Source: Thermoplasmatota archaeon (lineage in GTDB: Archaea; Thermoplasmatota; Penumbrarchaeia; Penumbrarchaeales; Penumbrarchaeaceae). From it: DNA of 21,152 nucleotides. The position numbers were made by a program, and so were the translations under genes. Under the pieces are notes generated by a model. The model saw only the letters and a list, made by a program, of their open reading frames with translations, was not told where the DNA came from and searched no databases. Below, piece after piece: positions 1-8,885 of this stretch. The DNA lies in contig CBDDUX010000036.1 in NCBI GenBank assembly GCA_965234725.1, positions 1 through 21,152 on the forward strand, read 5' to 3'. Positions within the stretch are counted from its first letter, which is position 1. The number at the start of each line of letters is the position of its first letter.

Positions 1-1933
1 GGAACATGAAATTGTCAAGAGCACTGTGGGCGAAAAGGGCTTCCTTGAAACCACCGATGACCTTAACATCAGCTGTTTGAAGCCCCATGTAATAGACATT
101 GTTGTAGAGGTCGTCGAGGGAACTCGAATAGATGATCCAGTAACAACCTTGGCCGCTGTTATCAATTCCATTATGGGAATGGACCATCAGCTCATCACGA
201 CCGTCACCATTCAGATCAGGAAGACCCTTGACACCAAGGTCAACTTCGGGATACGGGCCCCTTATCATGAGATCATAGTTCAATATCGATCTCTTACCTG
301 TGGGGAATAGGTTATCTCCATAGAAGATGAATATTCCACCTTTCAGATCAAAGAAACCCATGGGGGAACAGGTTATCAGGTCATCTATTCCATCTCCATT
401 CAGATCGGCGACTGCAACACGACCCAAACGGAAATTCGTGAACGAGGTTATATTTACATGGGAGTATTCGAAAAGGTCGATGGTCTCCGGAAGTCCGGAC
501 CCACCGAAAACCACCTCCACACTACCTGAAAGGACCCCTTCATATTGGATACCATCCGAGCCTATTATGATATCTTTGTAACTGTCACCGTTTATATCAC
601 CTAAACAAAGATCCGTGTTGGCAAAACCGGTAGCATTGACGCTGTTGACCACAACATGGGAATAATCACCCAGGGATACATTGTATTCGTTCTCGACGGA
701 ATCTGAACCATCGAAAACATAAACACGACCTGTGGGTGCTGGAACAAAAGGAGCACTGAATGCCTGTGCAGGGAAAACCTCCCATTCCTGGATCATGATA
801 TTTGATCCAGAATACATTTTGTAAAGCCGAATACTGGTTGTTTTACGTGGTTCGGTTAACTCGATATAATTATCATGGTTAGTACCGGTATCATCACCGG
901 AACTATAGCTCTGATCGGTCTGCCATTCCTTTCCATCATACCACTGGACCTCACAGGAATCGAGGCAGTAACTTGCTGCAAGATTTCGGTATCTTGTATA
1001 ATAGACCATCATTGCTCCGACCCAGACCTCATCTTCCCATGTTAACTGGACCCAACCATCTCTAGTTGTCCAGCAGTCATTGGTAGCTCCGGTAGTATCA
1101 CCATTGTTCAAATTAGCAGCTCCCCATACACCGGATCCTCCTCCGCTATGCGAGGCAACCGCGTCCAAGGCGATATCTGTGTCAAGGTCGATAGGGCCCC
1201 CACCACCGCCTCCACCACCTGCACCAGGTGGTGTCCATGGATCGACCTCGGAGATCACAACATCATCATAACCATCACCGGTAACATCGCCAAGCTCCAT
1301 ATCCCAGCCAAAAAGATGGTCCTTGGAGCTGCCTATATACACAGTATCAGCATCAACTGAAGAAATGGAACGGTCCCAACCATTCTTCCCAAGGAAAAGA
1401 TACACCTTGGGATAGTCCTCAAGAGAACGGTCCTCTATCCAGAGATCAGGGACCATAACGGAATCAGCATAACCGCCTACAAGAATATCGTCCCTTCCGT
1501 CATTATCAACATCCCCCACCTTGATCTTCATTCCAAAATAGGACCTCTCTTCGGGATTGTCTATCTTGACATCAGCATCAGTATAACCAAGGACACGGTT
1601 CTTGGACCCCGTGAAAAAGATGAAGACACCACCCCTGGATCCGTTGTAACCAGGAGCACCAAGGACAACATCGTCATTGCCGTCACCATTGAAATCTCCC
1701 CTGGCAGAGGAGTAACCGAGTTCATCATAGGCGAAATTCCCTGCTATATACTGCTCAAGGCTCTCTGCCTGAAAATCAATAACATCGGGAAGCTCGAATA
1801 TCTCCTCATCCATGGCCATTACGGAATCCTCACTGTCCTGACCTACTATCACTACCGGAACAGACATCAGAATGGCCATAAGGATCGAAAGGAACAGAAT
1901 CTTCCTACCACTACGTTTTGACATTTTCCCCAT
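1..1933 (-). CDS. Secreted FG-GAP (integrin-alpha-like beta-propeller) repeat protein with inserted discoidin/F5-8C-like domain; 3' end beyond window
   Basis: Manual translation from ATG 1933 is open to base 1 (~644 aa). SD GAGGTGA at 1944-1938. Signal/anchor MGKMSKRSGRKILFLSILMAILMSVPVVIVG. Six FG-GAP Ca-loops: GDFNGDGNDDVVLGAP, GDVDNDGRDDILVGG, GDVTGDGYDDVVIS, GDINGDSYKDIIIGS, ADLNGDGIDDLITCSP, PDLNGDGRDELMV. Confidence 0.92.
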   Translation of the reverse strand, partial: MGKMSKRSGRKILFLSILMAILMSVPVVIVGQDSEDSVMAMDEEIFELPDVIDFQAESLEQYIAGNFAYDELGYSSARGDFNGDGNDDVVLGAPGYNGSRGGVFIFFTGSKNRVLGYTDADVKIDNPEERSYFGMKIKVGDVDNDGRDDILVGGYADSVMVPDLWIEDRSLEDYPKVYLFLGKNGWDRSISSVDADTVYIGSSKDHLFGWDMELGDVTGDGYDDVVISEVDPWTPPGAGGGGGGGGPIDLDTDIALDAVASHSGGGSGVWGAANLNNGDTTGATNDCWTTRDGWVQLTWEDEVWVGAMMVYYTRYRNLAASYCLDSCEVQWYDGKEWQTDQSYSSGDDTGTNHDNYIELTEPRKTTSIRLYKMYSGSNIMIQEWEVFPAQAFSAPFVPAPTGRVYVFDGSDSVENEYNVSLGDYSHVVVNSVNATGFANTDLCLGDINGDSYKDIIIGSDGIQYEGVLSGSVEVVFGGSGLPETIDLFEYSHVNITSFTNFRLGRVAVADLNGDGIDDLITCSPMGFFDLKGGIFIFYGDNLFPTGKRSILNYDLMIRGPYPEVDLGVKGLPDLNGDGRDELMVHSHNGIDNSGQGCYWIIYSSSLDDLYNNVYYMGLQTADVKVIGGFKEALFAHSALDNFMF

Positions 1934-1995
1934 GCGTTCACCTCTTAGGAATCAACAGGCAATATTCATATTACCCTAATGAATAGACCTGGATT

Positions 1996-2068
1996 AGATT
2001 AATCTCATCAATTTCCTTATAAGGATGTGTTGGGATGGTATTTCCTTATTATAATAATATTTCCATTA
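1996..2068. promoter_or_regulatory. AT-rich putative promoter/operator region upstream of the FG-GAP gene
   Basis: Perfect palindromes AGATTAATCT (1996-2005), TCCTTATAAGGA (2014-2025) and TTATTATAATAA (2046-2057); ATTTCCTTAT direct repeat at 2011 and 2040. Confidence 0.4.
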
Positions 2069-2076
2069 ATAAATCA

Positions 2077-2745
2077 CTATGAGGAGATGAAACCATCTTT
2101 CATTCGAATATTTCTCCTGGACCTTTTTGAGATCTCCGGATCATGTGTGACAACGATTATTGTCTTTCTCATATCTTTGTTCAGGTCCCGGAGTATATCA
2201 ATGATCACCCTGGTACTCTCACTGTCCAGCTCCCCGGTGGGTTCATCTGCCAGGATCATTTTTGGATCGTTTGCAAGGGCCCTAGCTATGGCTACCCGTT
2301 GCTGCTCTCCTCCGGAAAGCTGTGAGGGGAGGTGGTCCTTCCTGTTTAACATCCCCATTTTATCTAAAAGGTTACGTGCCTTTTCCCTCCCCTTTGGACC
2401 AAAACCTTCTGCTTCTTTGATTGGTAAATAGACATTTTGAATGGCTGTTAGGGAAGGTAAGAGATAGAACTGCTGGAAGACGAATCCTATCTTTTCAAGC
2501 CTGATTCTTGACCGTCTCGATTCACTCATTGAGGTAATGTCTGCATCGTCGATCAGAACTTTTCCAGTTGTGGGAATATCAAGAGCTCCGATTATATTAA
2601 GGAGGGTCGTCTTCCCTGAACCGGAAGGACCCATGACGGTCAGGAATTCTCCATCCTTGACAGTTAGATCGATATCATTGAGAGCCCTTACAGGACCGGA
2701 AGCCATGTTGTAGATCTTGGATACCTTCTTTAGAGTGATCATCAA
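2077..2745 (-). CDS. ABC transporter ATP-binding protein, LolD/MacB (MJ0796-like) family
   Basis: Walker A GPSGSGKTT, Q-loop GFVFQQF, signature LSGGEQQRVAIARAL, Walker B ILADEPTGELD, H-switch VVTHD. Start is TTG 2745 or ATG 2742. Confidence 0.96.
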   Translation of the reverse strand: MMITLKKVSKIYNMASGPVRALNDIDLTVKDGEFLTVMGPSGSGKTTLLNIIGALDIPTTGKVLIDDADITSMSESRRSRIRLEKIGFVFQQFYLLPSLTAIQNVYLPIKEAEGFGPKGREKARNLLDKMGMLNRKDHLPSQLSGGEQQRVAIARALANDPKMILADEPTGELDSESTRVIIDILRDLNKDMRKTIIVVTHDPEISKRSRRNIRMKDGFISS

Positions 2746-2789
2746 CAGGTTCCCCAGGTATTGTCCATATGTTCGTGTCTGATATCAAA

Positions 2790-4112
2790 TTATCTATTAC
2801 CAAACCTTGCCAGTCCATCCCTTATGCCAACAGTGGTAGATCTTATCCCAGGCAAGATGGAGAATAATGATACAAATCCTAACAGAAATGCCAAACAGAG
2901 CATTGCCAGACCTGGAGTGAGAACAGAGAATGTCATATCCACACCATAAAAGGACCTTAGTCTATTGTCCAATAAAAAAGAGATTATATATGCAGGAAAG
3001 AGACCGAACAGAGCTCCCAATAAAGAGATCATCAGTGAATCCTTGAGTATCTGAAGATAAATTGTCCTTCTCGATATGCCTATCGCCCTCATAACTGATA
3101 TCTCTGCCCTCCTATCCTCTACATCAAGTACCATTACGGAAGAAAGAAATAAGGAACCAATGAAAAGTGTGGTCAATCCCACTCCATAAGAGAAAACCTG
3201 TAGGATCAATACTTCCTCCTCTAGACGGTACAATCTTGATTCCTTTGATGTGACCTTGAGACCTGGAAAGAGACCTTCCAGGTAGATTATTATCTCACGC
3301 TGAGAGGAGGGGTCCTTTTTCGTCTTATCCAGATCAATATATATCGCATTGACCAGGTCTGTTACATTACCTGATGGTGTGGACCTTCTATCATTTCCAG
3401 TCAATTCCTGGAGCTCAGATAAATGGAGGATCCCCATACCGGAAACAAGCTCCCTCGCCAAACCGCCCCCTATGATAGAGGACCCGATACTCCCTGATAT
3501 CGTGAGTGATGCTAATAGAGTTCCGTCCTGACCTACATAGTATACGGTATCCCCTTCATCAAGATCCATTTCGTCCATGATATTGTCGTCCAGTAGCAAT
3601 TCCGAGGTCCATAGGTCCTTTGAAATGAAATATGGATCTGCTTCTTCCTTGAACCATCCGTCCAACCTGATCCTTTCCGATCTCACAATCAGCTCCTCAC
3701 CGGAGATCAGGTCAGATGCCAGTTCCGGAACCAAACCCACCAGACCTACCTCGATCCTTGCAAAATCGGAAGAAGAAGGAGCAGGACCGCCTCCGGGAGG
3801 ATAGGATGGTCCATTTCCGGAAGGGGGTATGGCTATCTTTCCTATTACGGTCAACATGGGCATTACACCGGAAAAATTACTCGGGTCAGATTTCAGTTCA
3901 TAGGAAAGATCGTGGGCATTTTCAATCGTTGGTTCCAGACCTATGGAAGAAACCACAAGATCCCTGGGTGAATCCTCCAGTCTTTCATGAGATGCCAACT
4001 GGAGACCATAAGTAACCGAAGCAAGGGAAAGGACCATTGCGAAAGATATTGCAATAGCCGAGATAGTCAGCAGATTACGTTTCCATCTATTGAAGAATCT
4101 TGAATAAATCAG
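2790..4112 (-). CDS. ABC transporter permease, FtsX/MacB/LolC-E type (probable CTG start)
   Basis: C-terminal FtsX motif DRRAEISVMRAIGISRRTI followed by TM helices. The frame extends 25 codons upstream of ATG 4037 (LIYSRFFNRWKRNLLTISAIAISFA), covering the MacB N-terminal helix and most of TM1. SD GAGGTGA lies 6 nt before CTG 4112. Confidence 0.88.
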   Translation of the reverse strand: MIYSRFFNRWKRNLLTISAIAISFAMVLSLASVTYGLQLASHERLEDSPRDLVVSSIGLEPTIENAHDLSYELKSDPSNFSGVMPMLTVIGKIAIPPSGNGPSYPPGGGPAPSSSDFARIEVGLVGLVPELASDLISGEELIVRSERIRLDGWFKEEADPYFISKDLWTSELLLDDNIMDEMDLDEGDTVYYVGQDGTLLASLTISGSIGSSIIGGGLARELVSGMGILHLSELQELTGNDRRSTPSGNVTDLVNAIYIDLDKTKKDPSSQREIIIYLEGLFPGLKVTSKESRLYRLEEEVLILQVFSYGVGLTTLFIGSLFLSSVMVLDVEDRRAEISVMRAIGISRRTIYLQILKDSLMISLLGALFGLFPAYIISFLLDNRLRSFYGVDMTFSVLTPGLAMLCLAFLLGFVSLFSILPGIRSTTVGIRDGLARFGNR

Positions 4113-5365
4113 GAGATATCACCTCTTAGGGATTCCATGGGTGGTCTCCTGACAGTCCTTATAGCTGGTATCAAAGCTGAGATCATGGAGAGAAATAATG
4201 CTGCTAAAATGACCGAGAGAAGGATAATGGTGTCCACCCTAAAAAGGAGGAAACCTTCTGGAAGGGAACTGAATCTATTTTCAAGGAAGGTATTCAGTAC
4301 CAACATTGAGGATACACCGAGTAGTATTCCTGCAACAGATCCCAACATATAGAATAGTCCGGATTCCAACAATATCCACTTGAATATCTTGCTTGAGGGT
4401 ATCCCAATTGCTCTCAAAATAGCTGTATCCCTGGACCTTTCCTTTGCAGATATCATAAAGATCGCGGAAGTGAAGAAAAGACAAACTATCAAGGTCATTC
4501 CTATCACCATTATTGCAAAACCATCTATGATCAAAAGGAAATCCTGTATCTCTTCGAGGACCTCTTCCTTAGGGACAATGTCTACAATATCTTTGAAAGA
4601 GAAATCATCGGTCCTTGACCATCTGACAAGGTCCGAAGTACTCGTATGATCATCATAACCCAGTACTATTTCGGAAAGGGTATCCTTTTCAAGAAGTCCT
4701 TTGAGATATTGAAGTTCACCAAGATGGATCAATGCAGAGCGTGATAATCTTGAAAGAGTATCGATATAGGACCCTACCACACGGAAATTGAATGTTATAT
4801 TATTCTTCAGGGAAGGCGTCAAGTATATGGTATCTCCCACTTTTATCTTTAGGGAATTCAGGAATCTTTCGGAAAGCAGGATTTCCAAGGTCATGGATGT
4901 TTCTTTTACAGATCCAGTTTCGATAAATTCTTCTCTGATAGGGTCTCCACCTGTCTGGAACCAGTTCCCATCAACCAATCTGAATTGTTGGAAACCGGAT
5001 TCGAGAGAAGGCTCGATACCCATTACCTGTACCTCTCCTATGGTTTCATCGGTTTCAAAGAAAAGTGCATCCGATAATCTGGGAGATGTTCTGTCCGGTT
5101 TATTGGGAGCCCCATCCAATTCTCTTTGCACAGACCAACCTTGATCGAATCTCTGAAGATCAGTCAATAGGGGATGAAGGTCCTCAGGCACAACATAAAG
5201 GTCCACCCCTATCTCTTCGATCGACCTTCTAGAACTCGAACGGACACCCATGGAAAGACCTGAAAGTATCATGACCATGGCAATGGACGCTGTTATGGCC
5301 ATGATAATGATCGATGTCCTTAATGGATACCTCCTTGGATCAGATAAAAAGAGCACACGGGACAT
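4109..5365 (-). CDS. ABC transporter permease, FtsX/MacB/LolC-E type
   Basis: N-terminal RRYPLRTSIII plus TM1, large extracytoplasmic domain (VMGIEP, IKVGDTI, FRVVG), and C-terminal KERSRDTAILRAIG motif within three TMs. Confidence 0.93.
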   Translation of the reverse strand: MSRVLFLSDPRRYPLRTSIIIMAITASIAMVMILSGLSMGVRSSSRRSIEEIGVDLYVVPEDLHPLLTDLQRFDQGWSVQRELDGAPNKPDRTSPRLSDALFFETDETIGEVQVMGIEPSLESGFQQFRLVDGNWFQTGGDPIREEFIETGSVKETSMTLEILLSERFLNSLKIKVGDTIYLTPSLKNNITFNFRVVGSYIDTLSRLSRSALIHLGELQYLKGLLEKDTLSEIVLGYDDHTSTSDLVRWSRTDDFSFKDIVDIVPKEEVLEEIQDFLLIIDGFAIMVIGMTLIVCLFFTSAIFMISAKERSRDTAILRAIGIPSSKIFKWILLESGLFYMLGSVAGILLGVSSMLVLNTFLENRFSSLPEGFLLFRVDTIILLSVILAALFLSMISALIPAIRTVRRPPMESLRGDIS

Positions 5366-5391
5366 ATAACGGATAATATTATAAGTTTTGA

Positions 5392-5432
5392 GAAAATGAA
5401 AAAAAATAAAAAAAAAAGTAGAGAGAAAAAAA
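5392..5432 (-). terminator. Oligo-T archaeal terminator of the MoxR operon
   Basis: Several T7-T10 tracts on the minus strand immediately after the stop codon at 5435. Confidence 0.7.
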
Positions 5433-5434
5433 GC

Positions 5435-6427
5435 CTAATAATTCGGCTTTGTATTTCTCTCTACCTTTCTTCTCATCGCATCTTCCTCTTCGGCCTCTTT
5501 CCTATTCTTGAACTCCATCCAAAGGATCAGAACGATCCAGAGAGGGACAAAGATCAATGCCAATGTGAACACCACAGAGTATACGGAGTTCATCATCATG
5601 GAATTGGCCATCTGTTCGCTGAGATATGGTGTGATCCATCTGAAGAAGAAATTGATCACCAGAACGAGTTGGAATCCGAACCCGATTATTACCATAAGGA
5701 TGAAACCCATGATATAATAACTGTTAATGACCGGGGTCAAACTGAACTCACCTGATGCCTTCTCCTTGGCATACTTTATGATATCGTTGAACCTGTGAGC
5801 ACCATTATGAAGCTCCAGCATAAAGAGGAAGGACATGGCGAACAGGTACATAATCTCCCATCCTCCCCAGGTCAATTCCTCGATATCAAGAAGAGCATTG
5901 TTATTGAATCCTACCATGGAGATCCCGATTATTGTCGAGATTATCCCTACCGCATAAAGGGTAGTTGGTAGATCCTGGCTCATCCAGTTCATTATCTTCA
6001 GCGATGTTAGGAAGTTGGAGGCCATTAGACCTCCAGTTATAAGGACCGCCAGCACGATATAGAGAACAACGAACCATACCATGCTGGAATCAGAATATAC
6101 CTCCCATCCCTTATAGAGAATGGGAGAACCGAAAATAACGATCCACATCCAGGTAACGATACCCGTTATCGGGATCCTTGTCGTTCTAATCGGGTTCCAA
6201 CGTGTTACGAACTGGGATCCAAGTAGGAAAAGGCCCCCTGCAATATACATGATAGGACCGTAGGCCCCACCAAAATCCCAACCCACGGCAAGTCCCATGA
6301 ATACGAAGGACAGCAACCAGAACAAAGTCCCAAGTGCCCACATGATTATGGTCTCGCCTGCTTGCAGACCAATCTCGAAAGGCACGAGGTTTTCCAAATC
6401 ATCTCGGTATTCTGCCACTTTCCTCAC
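5435..6427 (-). CDS. Polytopic membrane protein of unknown function (last gene of MoxR operon)
   Basis: 330 aa with about 8-9 hydrophobic segments and a charged C-terminal tail. GTG start lies 1 nt after the DUF58 stop. Confidence 0.85.
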   Translation of the reverse strand: MRKVAEYRDDLENLVPFEIGLQAGETIIMWALGTLFWLLSFVFMGLAVGWDFGGAYGPIMYIAGGLFLLGSQFVTRWNPIRTTRIPITGIVTWMWIVIFGSPILYKGWEVYSDSSMVWFVVLYIVLAVLITGGLMASNFLTSLKIMNWMSQDLPTTLYAVGIISTIIGISMVGFNNNALLDIEELTWGGWEIMYLFAMSFLFMLELHNGAHRFNDIIKYAKEKASGEFSLTPVINSYYIMGFILMVIIGFGFQLVLVINFFFRWITPYLSEQMANSMMMNSVYSVVFTLALIFVPLWIVLILWMEFKNRKEAEEEDAMRRKVERNTKPNY

Positions 6428-6428
6428 C

Positions 6429-7739
6429 TCAATAGTTCCTCGCCTCCATCAGGATCTGAGTCAATGGCGTTGCGGGTTTCCAATCAAGGACCTTAACACC
6501 ATAACCTCTCAGTTCCTGCATTAATATCTCCCTCTCCAGTCTGAGAATATCGTAGGCGGCCTGATTTATCTTCTCACCTTTCTTCTGTTTGGCCATTATC
6601 TCAAACTCTATCGAGTTGGGTGATATCATCGTCACATCGAACTCCAGCATCATCATCATTGCTACTGCCTTCCTAATGGAGTCATCCTCCTCAAGGTTGG
6701 TAATTACAATGACAGGTGACTGCCTTGGCATATAGGGAATTGCCACTTCAACAATACCTGCGAGTGGAATATCTCCCTTGGCCTCTGCACCAGCCAGAGC
6801 GGTCAGGAGCTCGAAGAGCTGCTTTTGTCCAGTTCCCTTCTTTATCGTAAGCACTTTATCGGAATACACCACCATCTGGACTGAATCCCTCCTTTTCAGG
6901 AAGAAATTCGCCAGTGTTGCAGCGGCCCTTGCTCCGTATAAATTGGCATTATCCGAATCCATTCCATACCTTGAAGCTGTCCTGGAATCGAATAATATAG
7001 TGATATCGGAAACAGAGAGCCTTTCATGTTCATTGACCAGAAGCTTTCCAGTGGATGCATAGGCCTTCCAGTTGATATCTCTGAAAGGATCTCCCGGCAT
7101 GTAGTCCCTGATCGCAAAGAACTCAGAACCAGGACCTGGCATCTTGACCCTCATCTCCCCGGGATACATCTTGGGCTGTTTTGATTTGATATACAGCTCC
7201 TTGACATCCCTAACCTGCGGGAACACCGTCAGGTCGGATTCGAAGGCCACGGTCTTCTCCTTGTAGAACATGTTCAAGGGGTCATGTGTCCTCAGGGTGA
7301 TCGGGCCTACACTGTAGACCCCTTTGAGGGGACATTTGATGGTGTATTTGAGCCTGGTAGCTCCCTTGGGATTCAGATTCAGATAGGTATAGTTTGTACC
7401 CTCCTTCAACTGAATCGTACGGGGGAGTTTATCCCTAACTTCCAGGAAGCCTGTTTTACCTCCCTGGTTAAGGATCCTAAGCTCCACCTTCACTGTTCCA
7501 TCCTCAAAGATCTTCTCCTGGGACATCTCCCTGTCCGCCGTCAACCTGGTTGAGGTATTGGCGAACACGCTGACAGTGGTGTAGACGAGACCCGCTATGG
7601 CTATCATCACCAGTAAGAGATTACGGGTGGCCAAGCCTAGCAATGTCGCTATTATTGACATGCTCACGATGGAAGCTGCTTTTTTCGTCCACATATTCAC
7701 ACCACTTTCTTTTGGTCCATGGAAGGGTTCCATGGACAT
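6429..7739 (-). CDS. DUF58 domain protein (MoxR-associated, vWA-like) with N-terminal TM hairpin
   Basis: Motif GSEFFAIRDYMPGDPFRDINWKAYA..GKLLVNEHE, an Ig-like segment (KGVYSVGP..DPLNMF..LTVFP), and two N-terminal TMs. Confidence 0.93.
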   Translation of the reverse strand: MSMEPFHGPKESGVNMWTKKAASIVSMSIIATLLGLATRNLLLVMIAIAGLVYTTVSVFANTSTRLTADREMSQEKIFEDGTVKVELRILNQGGKTGFLEVRDKLPRTIQLKEGTNYTYLNLNPKGATRLKYTIKCPLKGVYSVGPITLRTHDPLNMFYKEKTVAFESDLTVFPQVRDVKELYIKSKQPKMYPGEMRVKMPGPGSEFFAIRDYMPGDPFRDINWKAYASTGKLLVNEHERLSVSDITILFDSRTASRYGMDSDNANLYGARAAATLANFFLKRRDSVQMVVYSDKVLTIKKGTGQKQLFELLTALAGAEAKGDIPLAGIVEVAIPYMPRQSPVIVITNLEEDDSIRKAVAMMMMLEFDVTMISPNSIEFEIMAKQKKGEKINQAAYDILRLEREILMQELRGYGVKVLDWKPATPLTQILMEARNY

Positions 7740-7752
7740 ACTCTACCTAGGA

Positions 7753-8850
7753 TCAGACCGCAGGTACAGGTACCTCAGCCAGAATCTTGTTGATGATATC
7801 CTGGGCCAGCACACCGCGGATCCTCGGTTCAGGTTTGAGAATTATTCTGTGTGCCAGTGAAGGCATCGCAACAGCCTTTATGTCATCTGGTGTTATGTAA
7901 TCCCTTCCCTGAAGGACAGCCCTTGCTCTTGATAGTTTGAAAAGAGCAAGTGAACCTCTGGGTGAAGCACCTACTACCACCCTTGGGTCCTCTCTTGTCC
8001 TGTATACGATCTCCACAATGTAGGTGAGGAGAGCAGGGTCCATATGGACCTTCTCCACAACCTGCTGCATGGCTATGATCTTCTCGGGAGAGGTTATGGT
8101 GTTGATATCTACCGCGTCCTTACCCCTTCTCATCCTACGGATAAGGATCTCCCTCTCGTCCTCTCTTGAAGGATAACCCATTGACATCTTCTGCATGAAC
8201 CTATCGACCTGAGCCTCAGGAAGCGGATATGTTCCTTCCTGTTCGATCGGGTTCTGGGTTGCCATCACAAGGAAAGGCTTTGGCAACCTGTGGGTTACAC
8301 CCTCAATGGACACCTGCCTCTCCTGCATAGCCTCCAACATGGCGGCTTGTGTCTTGGGAGGTGCCCTATTTATCTCGTCAGCCAGGATGATATTCGCAAA
8401 TATCGGTCCAGGTCTGAACTTGAACTCATTATCCTTCTCATCGAAGATATAGGTCCCAGTGATATCAGTGGGTAGCAGATCAGGCGTGAACTGTATACGC
8501 CTGTATTTGCATCCCAGAGCGTCAGCAAAGGTCATAACCATTAGAGACTTTGCTGTTCCCGGGAAATCCTCGAAGAGGATATGGCCGTCTGCCAGGATCG
8601 AAAGCAGAACATGCTCTAACACGTTTCTTTTTCCGATAATGGCCTTTTCTACCTCAGCTATGAGGGCTATCGAGGTTGCCGAAACTCCCTTGATTGCTCT
8701 TTGCACTTCCGGGGATGTCCCGGTGCCCTTCTTTGGGGCTGGTGCGCCCGCGGGGGGAGCTGCCATTGGGGCAGCCCCAGGTCTCGGGGGTAGCTGCTGA
8801 GGGGGCGCTCCCGGCGCCCTCGGTGCTGGTTGGGTTCCATCCGGTGTCAT
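7753..8850 (-). CDS. moxR: MoxR-family AAA+ ATPase with Pro/Ala-rich N-terminal extension
   Basis: GHILFEDFPGTAKS (Walker A), RIQFTPDLLPTDITG, LADEINRAPPKTQAAMLEAMQE, ATQNPIEQEGTYPLPEAQVDRF, GASPRG. SD AGGTGA upstream. Confidence 0.97.
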   Translation of the reverse strand: MTPDGTQPAPRAPGAPPQQLPPRPGAAPMAAPPAGAPAPKKGTGTSPEVQRAIKGVSATSIALIAEVEKAIIGKRNVLEHVLLSILADGHILFEDFPGTAKSLMVMTFADALGCKYRRIQFTPDLLPTDITGTYIFDEKDNEFKFRPGPIFANIILADEINRAPPKTQAAMLEAMQERQVSIEGVTHRLPKPFLVMATQNPIEQEGTYPLPEAQVDRFMQKMSMGYPSREDEREILIRRMRRGKDAVDINTITSPEKIIAMQQVVEKVHMDPALLTYIVEIVYRTREDPRVVVGASPRGSLALFKLSRARAVLQGRDYITPDDIKAVAMPSLAHRIILKPEPRIRGVLAQDIINKILAEVPVPAV

Positions 8851-8885
8851 TTCTCATCACCTTTTTTGTTTAATTCCATCCTTGA

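Noticed and set aside
1080-1271. Plus-strand ORF with poly-Pro run, and other short plus-strand ORFs at 26-1360
   Set aside because: Antisense shadows of the FG-GAP gene; the poly-Pro is the complement of its Gly8 linker.
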